Assembly: GCF_053078305.1 (NCBI RefSeq)
Contig: NZ_CP166879.1
DNA length: 64,000 nt
Strand: one strand, 5' to 3'
The notes under the pieces are model-generated. The model was given only the letters and a program-made list of their open reading frames with translations, did no database searches and was not told the DNA's origin. The position numbers were made by a program, and so were the translations under genes. Shown here piece after piece: positions 23,615-33,057 of the stretch; position 1 is the stretch's first letter, and every line of letters begins with the position of its first letter.

Positions 23615-24529
23615 ATGAGTCGTTCACAAAATTTACGCCACAATGTGATTAACCAGGTCATTGATGATATGGCGCGGGGTCATATCCCTTCCCCACTTCC
23701 ATCGCAAAGTGCGCTGGCGGAAATGTACAACATCAGCCGCACTACAGTGCGTCATATTCTCAGCCACTTACGCGAATGCGGCGTCTTAACGCAGGTTGGA
23801 AACGACTATGTTATTGCGCGTAAACCTGACCATGATGACGGTTTCGCCTGTACTACCGCTTCAATGAGTGAACAAAACAAAGTGTTTGAGCAGGCTTTTT
23901 TCACGATGATAAACCAGCGTCAGTTACGCCCTGGGGAAACTTTTTCTGAACTGCAACTGGCTCGGGCCGCGGGTGTCAGCCCGGTAGTTGTAAGAGAATA
24001 TCTTTTAAAATTCGGCCGTTATAATCTTATTCAAAGCGAAAAGCGCGGCCAGTGGAGCATGAAGCAATTCGATCAATCCTACGCTGAGCAGCTGTTTGAG
24101 CTACGCGAAATGCTCGAAACACATTCACTTCAGCACTTTCTCAACCTGCCTGATCATGATCCCCGCTGGCTGCAGGCGAAAACCATGCTAGAACGTCATC
24201 GGCTACTGCGTGACAACATCGGCAATAGCTTTCGCATGTTCTCGCAACTTGACAGAGATTTTCACTCCTTACTGCTTTCAGCTGCCGACAATATCTTTTT
24301 TGATCAATCGCTTGAGATCATCTCAGTCATCTTTCATTTTCACTATCAATGGGACGAAAGCGATCTTAAACAGCGCAATATCATTGCCGTCGATGAGCAT
24401 ATGACCATTCTCAGCGCTCTGATTTGCCGCAGTGACCTTGATGCCACCCTTGCGCTCCGTAACCATTTGAATTCAGCGAAACAATCAATGATTCGATCCA
24501 TTAATGAGAACACGCGTTATGCTCATTAA
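23615..24529 (+). CDS. lgoR: GntR-family transcriptional regulator of L-galactonate catabolism
   Basis: 304-aa ORF with N-terminal GntR HTH. Confidence 0.85.
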   Translation: MSRSQNLRHNVINQVIDDMARGHIPSPLPSQSALAEMYNISRTTVRHILSHLRECGVLTQVGNDYVIARKPDHDDGFACTTASMSEQNKVFEQAFFTMINQRQLRPGETFSELQLARAAGVSPVVVREYLLKFGRYNLIQSEKRGQWSMKQFDQSYAEQLFELREMLETHSLQHFLNLPDHDPRWLQAKTMLERHRLLRDNIGNSFRMFSQLDRDFHSLLLSAADNIFFDQSLEIISVIFHFHYQWDESDLKQRNIIAVDEHMTILSALICRSDLDATLALRNHLNSAKQSMIRSINENTRYAH

Positions 24530-24743
24530 GTACGGATTAAAAACAGCAAACTATTAGCGGGTGCACGGTTTTATCAAAAGATAAATACCGGGAAATTCCC
24601 GCTTACCTATGCTCACAATCAGTCGACTAAAAATGTTTTTGTGAGCGGTAGTAAAGTCCTAAAACTTTAACCTGCCGTTAATGTCAACCTTGCGTAATGC
24701 ACAATTACGTAAACAATTAAAATTATAAATACAGGAGTCCGGC

Positions 24744-26105
24744 GTGGAAAAAGAAAATATCACCCTCGATCCGCGTTCTTCATTTACTCCATCTTCGTCG
24801 GCAGATATTCCCGTGCCACCAGATGGATTAGTTCAACGCAGTACCCGAATTAAACGCATTCAAACCACCGCCATGTTGTTATTATTTTTTGCGGCGGTAA
24901 TCAATTATCTCGACCGCAGTTCGCTGTCGGTAGCAAATTTGACGATTCGTGAAGAATTGGGCTTAAGTGCCACCGAAATCGGCGCTTTGCTCTCCGTGTT
25001 TTCACTCGCTTACGGCATTGCGCAACTTCCTTGCGGCCCACTATTGGATCGTAAAGGCCCACGCCTGATGCTGGGACTGGGGATGTTCTTCTGGTCACTG
25101 TTCCAGGCCATGTCTGGCATGGTGCACAGCTTTACGCAGTTCGTGTTGGTGCGTATCGGTATGGGGATTGGTGAAGCGCCGATGAACCCATGCGGTGTAA
25201 AAGTCATTAACGACTGGTTCAACATCAAAGAGCGCGGACGCCCGATGGGCTTCTTCAACGCAGCTTCTACCATTGGCGTTGCCGTAAGCCCACCGATTCT
25301 GGCGGCGATGATGCTGGTGATGGGCTGGCGCGGGATGTTTATTACCATTGGTGTACTGGGGATTTTTCTCGCCATCGGCTGGTATATGCTCTATCGCAAC
25401 CGCGAGCACGTAGAACTGACTGCCGTTGAACAAACTTATCTCAATGCAGGTAGCGTCAATGCCCGCCGAGATCCGCTCAGTTTTGCCGAATGGCGCAGCC
25501 TGTTCCGTAACCGCACAATGTGGGGAATGATGCTCGGATTCAGTGGCATCAACTACACTGCGTGGCTGTATCTGGCCTGGCTTCCTGGTTACCTGCAAAC
25601 AGCCTATAACCTGGATTTAAAAAGCACAGGGTTGATGGCGGCTATCCCTTTCCTGTTTGGGGCTGCCGGGATGCTGGTCAACGGTTACGTTACTGACTGG
25701 CTGGTCAAAGGGGGAATGGCTCCGATTAAAAGCCGTAAGATCTGCATTATTGCCGGGATGTTCTGTTCTGCCGCCTTTACGCTGATAGTACCACAAGCGA
25801 CAACATCCATGATGGCGGTTCTGCTGATTGGCATGGCACTGTTCTGTATTCACTTTGCCGGAACATCCTGCTGGGGCTTGATCCACGTCGCAGTTGCTTC
25901 TCGCATGACTGCGTCGGTGGGCAGTATCCAGAACTTTGCCAGCTTCATCTGCGCCTCTTTCGCGCCGATCATTACTGGTTTTATTGTTGATACAACCCAC
26001 TCATTCCGTCTGGCACTAATCATTTGCGGTTGCGTCACCGCAGCGGGAGCACTGGCGTACATCTTCCTGGTTCGTCAGCCGATCAACGACCCGCGTAAAG
26101 ATTAA
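24744..26105 (+). CDS. lgoT: MFS L-galactonate/H+ symporter
   Basis: 453-aa multi-TM MFS ORF. Confidence 0.85.
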   Translation: MEKENITLDPRSSFTPSSSADIPVPPDGLVQRSTRIKRIQTTAMLLLFFAAVINYLDRSSLSVANLTIREELGLSATEIGALLSVFSLAYGIAQLPCGPLLDRKGPRLMLGLGMFFWSLFQAMSGMVHSFTQFVLVRIGMGIGEAPMNPCGVKVINDWFNIKERGRPMGFFNAASTIGVAVSPPILAAMMLVMGWRGMFITIGVLGIFLAIGWYMLYRNREHVELTAVEQTYLNAGSVNARRDPLSFAEWRSLFRNRTMWGMMLGFSGINYTAWLYLAWLPGYLQTAYNLDLKSTGLMAAIPFLFGAAGMLVNGYVTDWLVKGGMAPIKSRKICIIAGMFCSAAFTLIVPQATTSMMAVLLIGMALFCIHFAGTSCWGLIHVAVASRMTASVGSIQNFASFICASFAPIITGFIVDTTHSFRLALIICGCVTAAGALAYIFLVRQPINDPRKD

Positions 26106-26112
26106 ACTCCCT

Positions 26113-26147
26113 ATGCCCGATAACATTTTGCTTATCGGGCATTTTTA
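26113..26147 (+). terminator. intrinsic terminator between convergent lgoT and tsr
   Basis: Hairpin ATGCCCGATAA...TTATCGGGCAT followed by TTTTAT. Confidence 0.5.
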
Positions 26148-26153
26148 TGGCGA

Positions 26154-27818
26154 TTAAAACGTTTCCCAGTTCTCCCCGCTATCTGCCACTGCCATTTTAC
26201 GCGGCGTAGCTGGCGTCACGGTTTTTACCACAGCCGATGTTTCACGCTGCTGTTGCTGCTGTTGCTGAATCCGGAACACTGCCACAGCTTCGGTCAGGCG
26301 ACTGGCCTGCTCTTCCAGCGCGGCGGCGGCAGCGGCAGATTCTTCCACCAGCGCGGCGTTCTGTTGAGTTACCCGGTCCATCTCAGCAACCGCTAAGCCA
26401 ACCTGATCGATACCACGGCTCTGCTCATCAGAAGCAGAAGCTATTTCGCCCATAATGTCCGTCACGCGGGTCACAGCACTGACAATCTCCGCCATTGTTT
26501 CCCCGGCGCTTTCGACCAGCGTAGAGCCAACATCCACTTTCCCCACCGAGTCTTCAATCAGGCTTTTAATTTCACGAGCCGCCTGGGCGCTACGCTGGGC
26601 CAGATTACGCACTTCTCCCGCAACCACCGCAAAACCACGTCCTTGCTCACCCGCACGCGCTGCTTCAACCGCCGCGTTCAAAGCCAGAATATTGGTCTGG
26701 AAAGCAATGCCGTCAATTACGCTGATAATATCGGCGATTTTCTGCGAACTGGTGGAGATATCACGCATAGTCTGCACCACGTTATCTACCACTTTGCCGC
26801 CGCGTTGCGCCGTTTCAGAAGCACTTAACGCCAGGTGGCTGGCCTGGCGCGCATTCTCGGCGTTCTGTTTCACCGTTGCGGTCAGTTGCTCCATGCTGGC
26901 TGCCGTCTCTTCCAGCGAAGCGGCCTGTTGCTCGGTGCGCGAAGAGAGATCATTATTGCCGGTAGCGATTTCGCTGGCACCGCTATAGATGGCATTGGCC
27001 CCGTTGCGCACATCACCGACGGTACGCATCAGTTCTCCCTGCATATGGCGCAAACTCTCTGCCAGTTGCCCCATCTCATTAGAGCCATCCACCTCAATCG
27101 GTTTCACCAGATCGCCGCCTGCAATATGACGAATGCTGTCAATCAGGCGATTCATTGGCGCTACCAACGAGGCTTTAATACCGAACCAGACGGCGAAGAT
27201 GACCGCCAGTACGACGATCATCACGCCCAACAGAATCCACATCGCCTGGCTGTAGGAGGCATTGTTATCGCTGACGGCGATATCATAGAGCCGATCGTTT
27301 TGCTCCATGTAAGCCACATACTGCTTCTCGAAACCGTCCTGATATCCCTGGGTCGGCTGATCAAAGAACTCGTTGATTTTGCCTGCACCTAACAGTTGGA
27401 TCAGCTCCGCCAGCGCATTGTGATAAATATCGTAATTACGTTTGATCTCTGCCGCTGCGGCGGTGCTCTGACGCGGGTCACGCGGCAACGCTTCGTAATC
27501 CGCCCAGTTTTTTTCCGCCTGTTTCAGCGAAATACTGGCACTCTGCATCAGCTCAGCAACGGTTGAACCGCTACCAATATTATTCTGATCCATCATGTAG
27601 CGGATACCCGCGCGGTTGAGGGTGTTACGCGTCTGCAACAACGCGACCCAGCTGCCATTCAGCGTGGATTGCTGCTGACGAATGGTTTGTAAAACAGTGA
27701 AATTTTCTTTGTCATTCTTTAAGGCATTAAAGAACAGACCGCCTGATGTCAGTTGTAAAAGGCCAAAAACGGCCAAAACCAGCAGTAAGCTGGTCACGAT
27801 CTTGATACGTTTTAACAT
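26154..27818 (-). CDS. tsr: methyl-accepting chemotaxis protein I (serine chemoreceptor)
   Basis: 554-aa ORF ending NWETF; recognised as Tsr; contains a 7-Gln CAG/CAA tract. Confidence 0.95.
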   Translation of the reverse strand: MLKRIKIVTSLLLVLAVFGLLQLTSGGLFFNALKNDKENFTVLQTIRQQQSTLNGSWVALLQTRNTLNRAGIRYMMDQNNIGSGSTVAELMQSASISLKQAEKNWADYEALPRDPRQSTAAAAEIKRNYDIYHNALAELIQLLGAGKINEFFDQPTQGYQDGFEKQYVAYMEQNDRLYDIAVSDNNASYSQAMWILLGVMIVVLAVIFAVWFGIKASLVAPMNRLIDSIRHIAGGDLVKPIEVDGSNEMGQLAESLRHMQGELMRTVGDVRNGANAIYSGASEIATGNNDLSSRTEQQAASLEETAASMEQLTATVKQNAENARQASHLALSASETAQRGGKVVDNVVQTMRDISTSSQKIADIISVIDGIAFQTNILALNAAVEAARAGEQGRGFAVVAGEVRNLAQRSAQAAREIKSLIEDSVGKVDVGSTLVESAGETMAEIVSAVTRVTDIMGEIASASDEQSRGIDQVGLAVAEMDRVTQQNAALVEESAAAAAALEEQASRLTEAVAVFRIQQQQQQQRETSAVVKTVTPATPRKMAVADSGENWETF

Positions 27819-28045
27819 GGTTTCTCTTTCCTGTGGACCGATGCAAGATTTTCGGCCTGAAATGAGAAAACTTTATAGGTAGCGACTTGAAACTGGTTAA
27901 TTTTACCTCACTTTTTTAATTTTTGTTCAAAAATACAATAACCACTTATTGATACATTTTCTGTTCTTATTTTTTTCACACGAATTGTATCTATTTTGAA
28001 CGAAATATTTTATAGAGTGTGGAATTTTAAGAAAGGACATCTGAA

Positions 28046-28588
28046 ATGTTAAACCGTGACTTCGATCATCTCTCAACGCTATTACATCTCTTTTTTGAAC
28101 GTGAGGATATTTGCCAAAAGCTTAATATTATTGACCAAAACAATATCACCGGTTGGGAAGTGTGGTTCCAGGTAGAGTTTGCTAATATGCTCTGCTCAAC
28201 AGACCATGAATGGTGGCGTGAACAAGCACTTTCCTGTGATATGCGCAAAAAACCTGAGCGCCCGACACTACGCACAGATTTCTTACTACGTAAAAAAGGC
28301 TGGGCACAAGATAGCTATATCGCGCTTGAAATAAAACAAAACAGAGACGCGACCAGTTGTGTTAAAAATATGATCGCAGACTTAGAAAAAAGCGCAAAAA
28401 TAAAACGTTCCGAACTCGATTTACGCAGTTTCTGGACCTTGGGTATCACCCCTATGATAGACAGGGAAAGGCTGGACTCTCTCATCGATTGCTATTTAGA
28501 TGAGAAATTTTATCTTACTAAATCTCGTAAAAAACACGTTTTACTTAAAGAAATAAATAACACACCATATTGCTATATTGTTATTTAA
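28046..28588 (+). CDS. hypothetical protein (orphan, AT-rich; possible PD-(D/E)xK-like motif)
   Basis: 180-aa ORF with AAAGGA Shine-Dalgarno 7 nt upstream; low GC vs flanks; residues TDFLL...YIALEIK fit D-x18-E-x-K. Confidence 0.5.
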   Translation: MLNRDFDHLSTLLHLFFEREDICQKLNIIDQNNITGWEVWFQVEFANMLCSTDHEWWREQALSCDMRKKPERPTLRTDFLLRKKGWAQDSYIALEIKQNRDATSCVKNMIADLEKSAKIKRSELDLRSFWTLGITPMIDRERLDSLIDCYLDEKFYLTKSRKKHVLLKEINNTPYCYIVI

Positions 28589-28696
28589 TATTTATAGCAT
28601 GAATATAATTTTTAAATGAGTTACACAACCGAGGGCTAAAAATCGCTTCGGTTGTGATCATCATCACATAAATAACCTTCATAAACCTTGCTCAAA

Positions 28697-28745
28697 ACCG
28701 CTCAACCGCAAAACTGACCGCTTACGTCCCTAAAATAACCACTCA
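28697..28745 (+). promoter_or_regulatory. BtsR (YehT) binding site: direct repeats ACC(G/A)CT(C/T)A upstream of btsT
   Basis: ACCGCTCA (28697), ACCGCTTA (28717) and ACCACTCA (28738); last two separated by 13 bp as reported for the yjiY promoter. Confidence 0.5.
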
Positions 28746-28880
28746 GTTATTTACCTTACTTTACGCGCGCGTAACTCTGGCAGCATCACTGCAGGATAGC
28801 GGTCAATTTACCTCCTCAAACGCAACGCAAACCTAGAACGGCTTCGGCCAACTATTAATCAATACATGCCAGGTTTTACT

Positions 28881-31031
28881 ATGGATACGAAAAAACTATT
28901 CAAGCACATACCCTGGGTGATTCTCGGAATCATCGGTGCATTCTGCCTCGCGGTAGTTGCATTACGTCGGGGGGAGCACGTCAGTGCCCTGTGGATCGTG
29001 GTCGCCTCTGTGTCGGTGTATCTGGTGGCGTATCGCTACTACAGTCTGTACATCGCCCAGAAGGTGATGAAACTCGACCCTACGCGCGCGACGCCTGCGG
29101 TTATTAACAACGACGGTCTGAACTATGTTCCGACCAACCGTTACGTGTTGTTTGGTCACCACTTCGCCGCTATCGCCGGTGCCGGTCCGCTGGTTGGTCC
29201 GGTGCTCGCCGCGCAGATGGGCTACCTGCCTGGCACGCTGTGGCTGCTGGCGGGGGTAGTGCTGGCCGGTGCGGTACAGGACTTTATGGTGCTGTTTATC
29301 TCCTCTCGCCGTAACGGCGCATCTCTCGGTGAGATGATCAAAGAAGAGATGGGGCCAGTACCGGGGACTATCGCGCTGTTTGGCTGTTTCTTAATCATGA
29401 TCATCATCCTAGCCGTCCTGGCGCTGATTGTGGTTAAAGCCCTGGCCGAAAGTCCGTGGGGTGTCTTCACCGTTTGCTCAACCGTACCGATTGCGCTGTT
29501 TATGGGTATCTACATGCGCTTTATCCGTCCGGGGCGTGTGGGTGAAGTCTCTGTTATTGGTATCGTGCTGCTGGTTGCCTCTATCTACTTCGGTGGCGTG
29601 ATTGCTCACGATCCGTACTGGGGTCCGGCACTGACCTTTAAAGACACCACCATTACCTTCGCGCTGATTGGCTATGCGTTTGTTTCCGCACTGCTGCCGG
29701 TGTGGCTGATCCTCGCACCGCGCGACTATCTGGCAACCTTCCTGAAAATCGGCGTTATCGTCGGCCTGGCGCTGGGTATCGTGGTGCTGAACCCGGAACT
29801 GAAAATGCCTGCGATGACCCAGTACATTGACGGTACTGGCCCGCTGTGGAAAGGCGCTCTGTTCCCGTTCCTGTTCATCACCATCGCCTGTGGTGCGGTA
29901 TCTGGCTTCCACGCGCTGATCTCTTCCGGTACGACGCCGAAACTGCTGGCTAACGAAACCGACGCGCGTTTCATCGGCTACGGCGCAATGCTGATGGAGT
30001 CCTTCGTGGCGATTATGGCGCTGGTTGCAGCGTCCATCATCGAACCGGGTCTTTACTTCGCGATGAACACTCCGCCTGCTGGCCTTGGCATCACCATGCC
30101 TAACCTGCATGAAATGGGTGGCGAGAACGCGCCGATCATCATGGCGCAGCTGAAAGACGTTACCGCACACGCGGCAGCGACCGTCAGCTCCTGGGGCTTC
30201 GTGATTTCGCCAGAGCAGATCCTGCAAACCGCGAAAGACATTGGTGAGCCTTCTGTCCTGAACCGTGCAGGTGGTGCGCCGACGCTGGCGGTAGGTATCG
30301 CTCATGTGTTCCACAAAGTGCTACCGATGGCTGACATGGGCTTCTGGTATCACTTCGGTATTCTGTTCGAAGCCCTGTTCATCCTGACCGCGCTGGATGC
30401 GGGTACCCGTTCTGGCCGCTTTATGCTGCAAGATCTGCTGGGTAACTTCATCCCGTTCCTGAAAAAAACCGACTCTCTGGTTGCCGGTATCATCGGTACT
30501 GCGGGCTGTGTGGGTCTGTGGGGCTACCTGCTGTATCAGGGCGTGGTCGATCCGCTGGGCGGCGTTAAGAGCCTGTGGCCGCTGTTCGGTATCTCCAACC
30601 AGATGCTGGCAGCCGTAGCGCTGGTACTGGGCACCGTTGTGCTGATTAAGATGAAGCGCACCCAATACATCTGGGTAACTGTTGTTCCGGCTGTATGGCT
30701 GCTTATCTGCACCACCTGGGCGCTGGGCCTGAAACTGTTCAGCACCAACCCGCAGATGGAAGGCTTCTTCTACATGGCAAGCCAGTACAAAGAGAAGATT
30801 GCTAACGGTACTGACCTGACGGCGCAGCAGATTGCCAACATGAACCACATCGTTGTGAACAACTACACCAACGCGGGCCTGAGTATTCTGTTCCTGATTG
30901 TGGTGTACAGCATCATCTTCTACGGTTTCAAAACCTGGCTTGCGGTGCGTAACAGCGACAAACGTACTGACAAAGAAACACCGTACGTTCCAATCCCGGA
31001 AGGCGGCGTGAAGATCTCTTCGCACCACTAA
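28881..31031 (+). CDS. btsT: CstA-family pyruvate/H+ symporter
   Basis: 716 aa from MDTKKLFKHIPWVILG; multi-TM CstA-like. Confidence 0.9.
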   Translation: MDTKKLFKHIPWVILGIIGAFCLAVVALRRGEHVSALWIVVASVSVYLVAYRYYSLYIAQKVMKLDPTRATPAVINNDGLNYVPTNRYVLFGHHFAAIAGAGPLVGPVLAAQMGYLPGTLWLLAGVVLAGAVQDFMVLFISSRRNGASLGEMIKEEMGPVPGTIALFGCFLIMIIILAVLALIVVKALAESPWGVFTVCSTVPIALFMGIYMRFIRPGRVGEVSVIGIVLLVASIYFGGVIAHDPYWGPALTFKDTTITFALIGYAFVSALLPVWLILAPRDYLATFLKIGVIVGLALGIVVLNPELKMPAMTQYIDGTGPLWKGALFPFLFITIACGAVSGFHALISSGTTPKLLANETDARFIGYGAMLMESFVAIMALVAASIIEPGLYFAMNTPPAGLGITMPNLHEMGGENAPIIMAQLKDVTAHAAATVSSWGFVISPEQILQTAKDIGEPSVLNRAGGAPTLAVGIAHVFHKVLPMADMGFWYHFGILFEALFILTALDAGTRSGRFMLQDLLGNFIPFLKKTDSLVAGIIGTAGCVGLWGYLLYQGVVDPLGGVKSLWPLFGISNQMLAAVALVLGTVVLIKMKRTQYIWVTVVPAVWLLICTTWALGLKLFSTNPQMEGFFYMASQYKEKIANGTDLTAQQIANMNHIVVNNYTNAGLSILFLIVVYSIIFYGFKTWLAVRNSDKRTDKETPYVPIPEGGVKISSHH

Positions 31032-31040
31032 CCGTGTTTA

Positions 31041-31067
31041 GCCCCGCTTCGGCGGGGCTTTGTTCTT
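31041..31067 (+). terminator. intrinsic terminator after btsT
   Basis: GCCCCGCTTCGGCGGGGC hairpin followed by TTTGTTCTT. Confidence 0.6.
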
Positions 31068-31080
31068 ATCAGAGTGAACT

Positions 31081-31284
31081 ATGTTTGGTAACTTAGGACA
31101 GGCAAAAAAATATCTCGGCCAGGCGGCGAAGATGTTGATTGGTATTCCAGACTACGACAACTACGTCGAGCATATGAAGACCAACCATCCCGACAAGCCG
31201 TACATGAGCTATGAAGAATTCTTCCGCGAACGCCAGAACGCGCGCTACGGCGGCGATGGTAAAGGCGGTATGCGCTGTTGTTAA
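31081..31284 (+). CDS. yjiX: small protein DUF466 (CstA-associated)
   Basis: 67-aa ORF directly downstream of btsT. Confidence 0.85.
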
Positions 31285-31294
31285 TGGAGAGAGC

Positions 31295-32251
31295 ATGAAC
31301 CCGATTGCAGTAACCCTACTCACCGGTTTTTTAGGCGCGGGAAAAACCACCCTGCTGCGCCATATTCTTAACGAACAACACGGCTACAAGATTGCCGTGA
31401 TTGAAAACGAATTCGGCGAAGTCTCCGTTGATGATCAATTGATTGGCGACCGCGCCACGCAGATCAAAACGCTGACCAACGGCTGCATCTGCTGTTCGCG
31501 CTCCAACGAGCTGGAGGACGCGCTACTCGACCTGCTGGATAATCTCGACAAGGGCAATATTCAGTTCGATCGTCTGGTCATTGAATGCACCGGCATGGCC
31601 GATCCCGGCCCGATTATTCAGACCTTTTTCTCCCATGAGATTTTATGCCAGCGTTACCTGCTGGACGGCGTGATTGCGCTGGTGGATGCGGTACATGCCG
31701 ATGAGCAGATGAACCAGTTCACCATCGCCCAGTCCCAGGTTGGCTACGCCGACCGTATTCTGCTGACCAAAACCGACGTCGCAGGCGAAGCAGAAAAACT
31801 GCGCGAACGCCTGGCGCGCATCAACGCCCGTGCACCGGTCTACACCGTTACCCACGGCGACATCGACCTGGGCCTGCTGTTCAACACCAACGGTTTTATG
31901 CTGGAAGAAAACGTCGTCAGCACCAAACCGCGTTTCCACTTTATCGCGGATAAACAAAACGATATTTCGTCGATTGTGGTAGAACTGGATTACCCGGTAG
32001 ATATCAGCGAAGTTTCCCGCGTGATGGAAAACCTGCTGCTGGAATCGGCGGATAAACTGCTGCGTTACAAAGGGATGCTGTGGATTGACGGCGAACCTAA
32101 CCGCCTGCTGTTCCAGGGCGTCCAGCGCCTCTACAGCGCCGACTGGGACCGCCCGTGGGGCGATGAAAAACCGCATAGCACGATGGTGTTTATCGGGATT
32201 CAGTTGCCGGAGGAAGAGATTCGGGCGGCGTTTGCGGGGTTGAGGAAGTAA
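31295..32251 (+). CDS. yjiA: CobW/HypB/UreG-family metal-binding GTPase
   Basis: 318 aa from MNPIAVTLLTGFLGAGKTT (P-loop), CxCC motif. Confidence 0.9.
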   Translation: MNPIAVTLLTGFLGAGKTTLLRHILNEQHGYKIAVIENEFGEVSVDDQLIGDRATQIKTLTNGCICCSRSNELEDALLDLLDNLDKGNIQFDRLVIECTGMADPGPIIQTFFSHEILCQRYLLDGVIALVDAVHADEQMNQFTIAQSQVGYADRILLTKTDVAGEAEKLRERLARINARAPVYTVTHGDIDLGLLFNTNGFMLEENVVSTKPRFHFIADKQNDISSIVVELDYPVDISEVSRVMENLLLESADKLLRYKGMLWIDGEPNRLLFQGVQRLYSADWDRPWGDEKPHSTMVFIGIQLPEEEIRAAFAGLRK

Positions 32252-32284
32252 TTTTGGATGATGGCCGCCATGTGGCGGCCTGAA

Positions 32285-32587
32285 TTATTTTTTGTTCTGA
32301 TCGCGCAGCATCGCTTCACGTAAAATTGCGTTCAGGCGAGTTTGATAGCCTTTACCTGGTCGCTTCAACCATTCCATCACATCAGCATCAATACGCACCG
32401 AAGCCTGAGTTTTCAATGGCCGATAAAACTTACCACGTTCGGCGTTAGACCATTGCTCATCGCTGGAAGGTGGGATATCACTGTAATCAATATCTTCGTC
32501 GGATTTATTCGCCAGCGCCTTCAGTTCGGCCTCATGCTGCACATCGAGTGTAGAGGGTGCCCCTCGTTTATGTTTAACCATGCTCAT
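32285..32587 (-). CDS. BrnA-like antitoxin (DUF4415/CopG-like)
   Basis: About 100 aa from MSMVKHKRG; C-terminal RIDADVMEWLKRPGKGYQTRLNAILREAM; start overlaps the stop of the upstream toxin ORF. Confidence 0.65.
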   Translation of the reverse strand: MSMVKHKRGAPSTLDVQHEAELKALANKSDEDIDYSDIPPSSDEQWSNAERGKFYRPLKTQASVRIDADVMEWLKRPGKGYQTRLNAILREAMLRDQNKK

Positions 32588-32888
32588 AGCGACTCCTCTC
32601 TTTACGATCTGCTTTTCGTGCACTGATGATTCGAATAATTTCATTTCCGCTTTCGAAACGGATGGTATGCGCAACCAGAATAACCACGATACCGTGAACC
32701 AAGCCGATAGTCTGCCAGCGATACTCACCGTTTTCTATGCGATCTTGCTGTGACAAATGTTGTGGATCATCAAACACTAACACCGCATCTTCAAAGCGGA
32801 TGCCATGTTTCACCCGATTACTTTTGGCCTTGTTTGCATCCCATTCAAACTCCATTGGCATAGTTGCCATCCCTAATTGTATATACAA
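32574..32888 (-). CDS. BrnT-like toxin (DUF497, RelE/ParE superfamily ribonuclease)
   Basis: Motif EFEWDANKAKSNRVKHGIRFEDA...RIISARKADRKER typical of BrnT; several in-frame ATG starts (32888 to 32855). Confidence 0.65.
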   Translation of the reverse strand: MYIQLGMATMPMEFEWDANKAKSNRVKHGIRFEDAVLVFDDPQHLSQQDRIENGEYRWQTIGLVHGIVVILVAHTIRFESGNEIIRIISARKADRKERSRYEHG

Positions 32889-33057
32889 AAATGTATCTAC
32901 AATTATTCTGCAATTATAGCGTTGATGTTGGAAATAGCATCACGTTTTGGATAATCAACCATGAAATTGACAATGAGTAAGTTGGACTTGATTCATCCAA
33001 TAGAATTTCTCGCCTGACATGGCACACTAAACACCTCGCTGTCGTTAAGGGATTACC

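Noticed and set aside
26455-27392. Plus-strand ORFs of 177 and 185 aa
   Set aside because: Antisense to tsr; Ala/Ser/Arg-rich translations from the GC-rich third positions of tsr.
29478-31028. Minus-strand ORFs of 278 and 235 aa
   Set aside because: Antisense within btsT; Arg/His/Gln-rich shadow ORFs.
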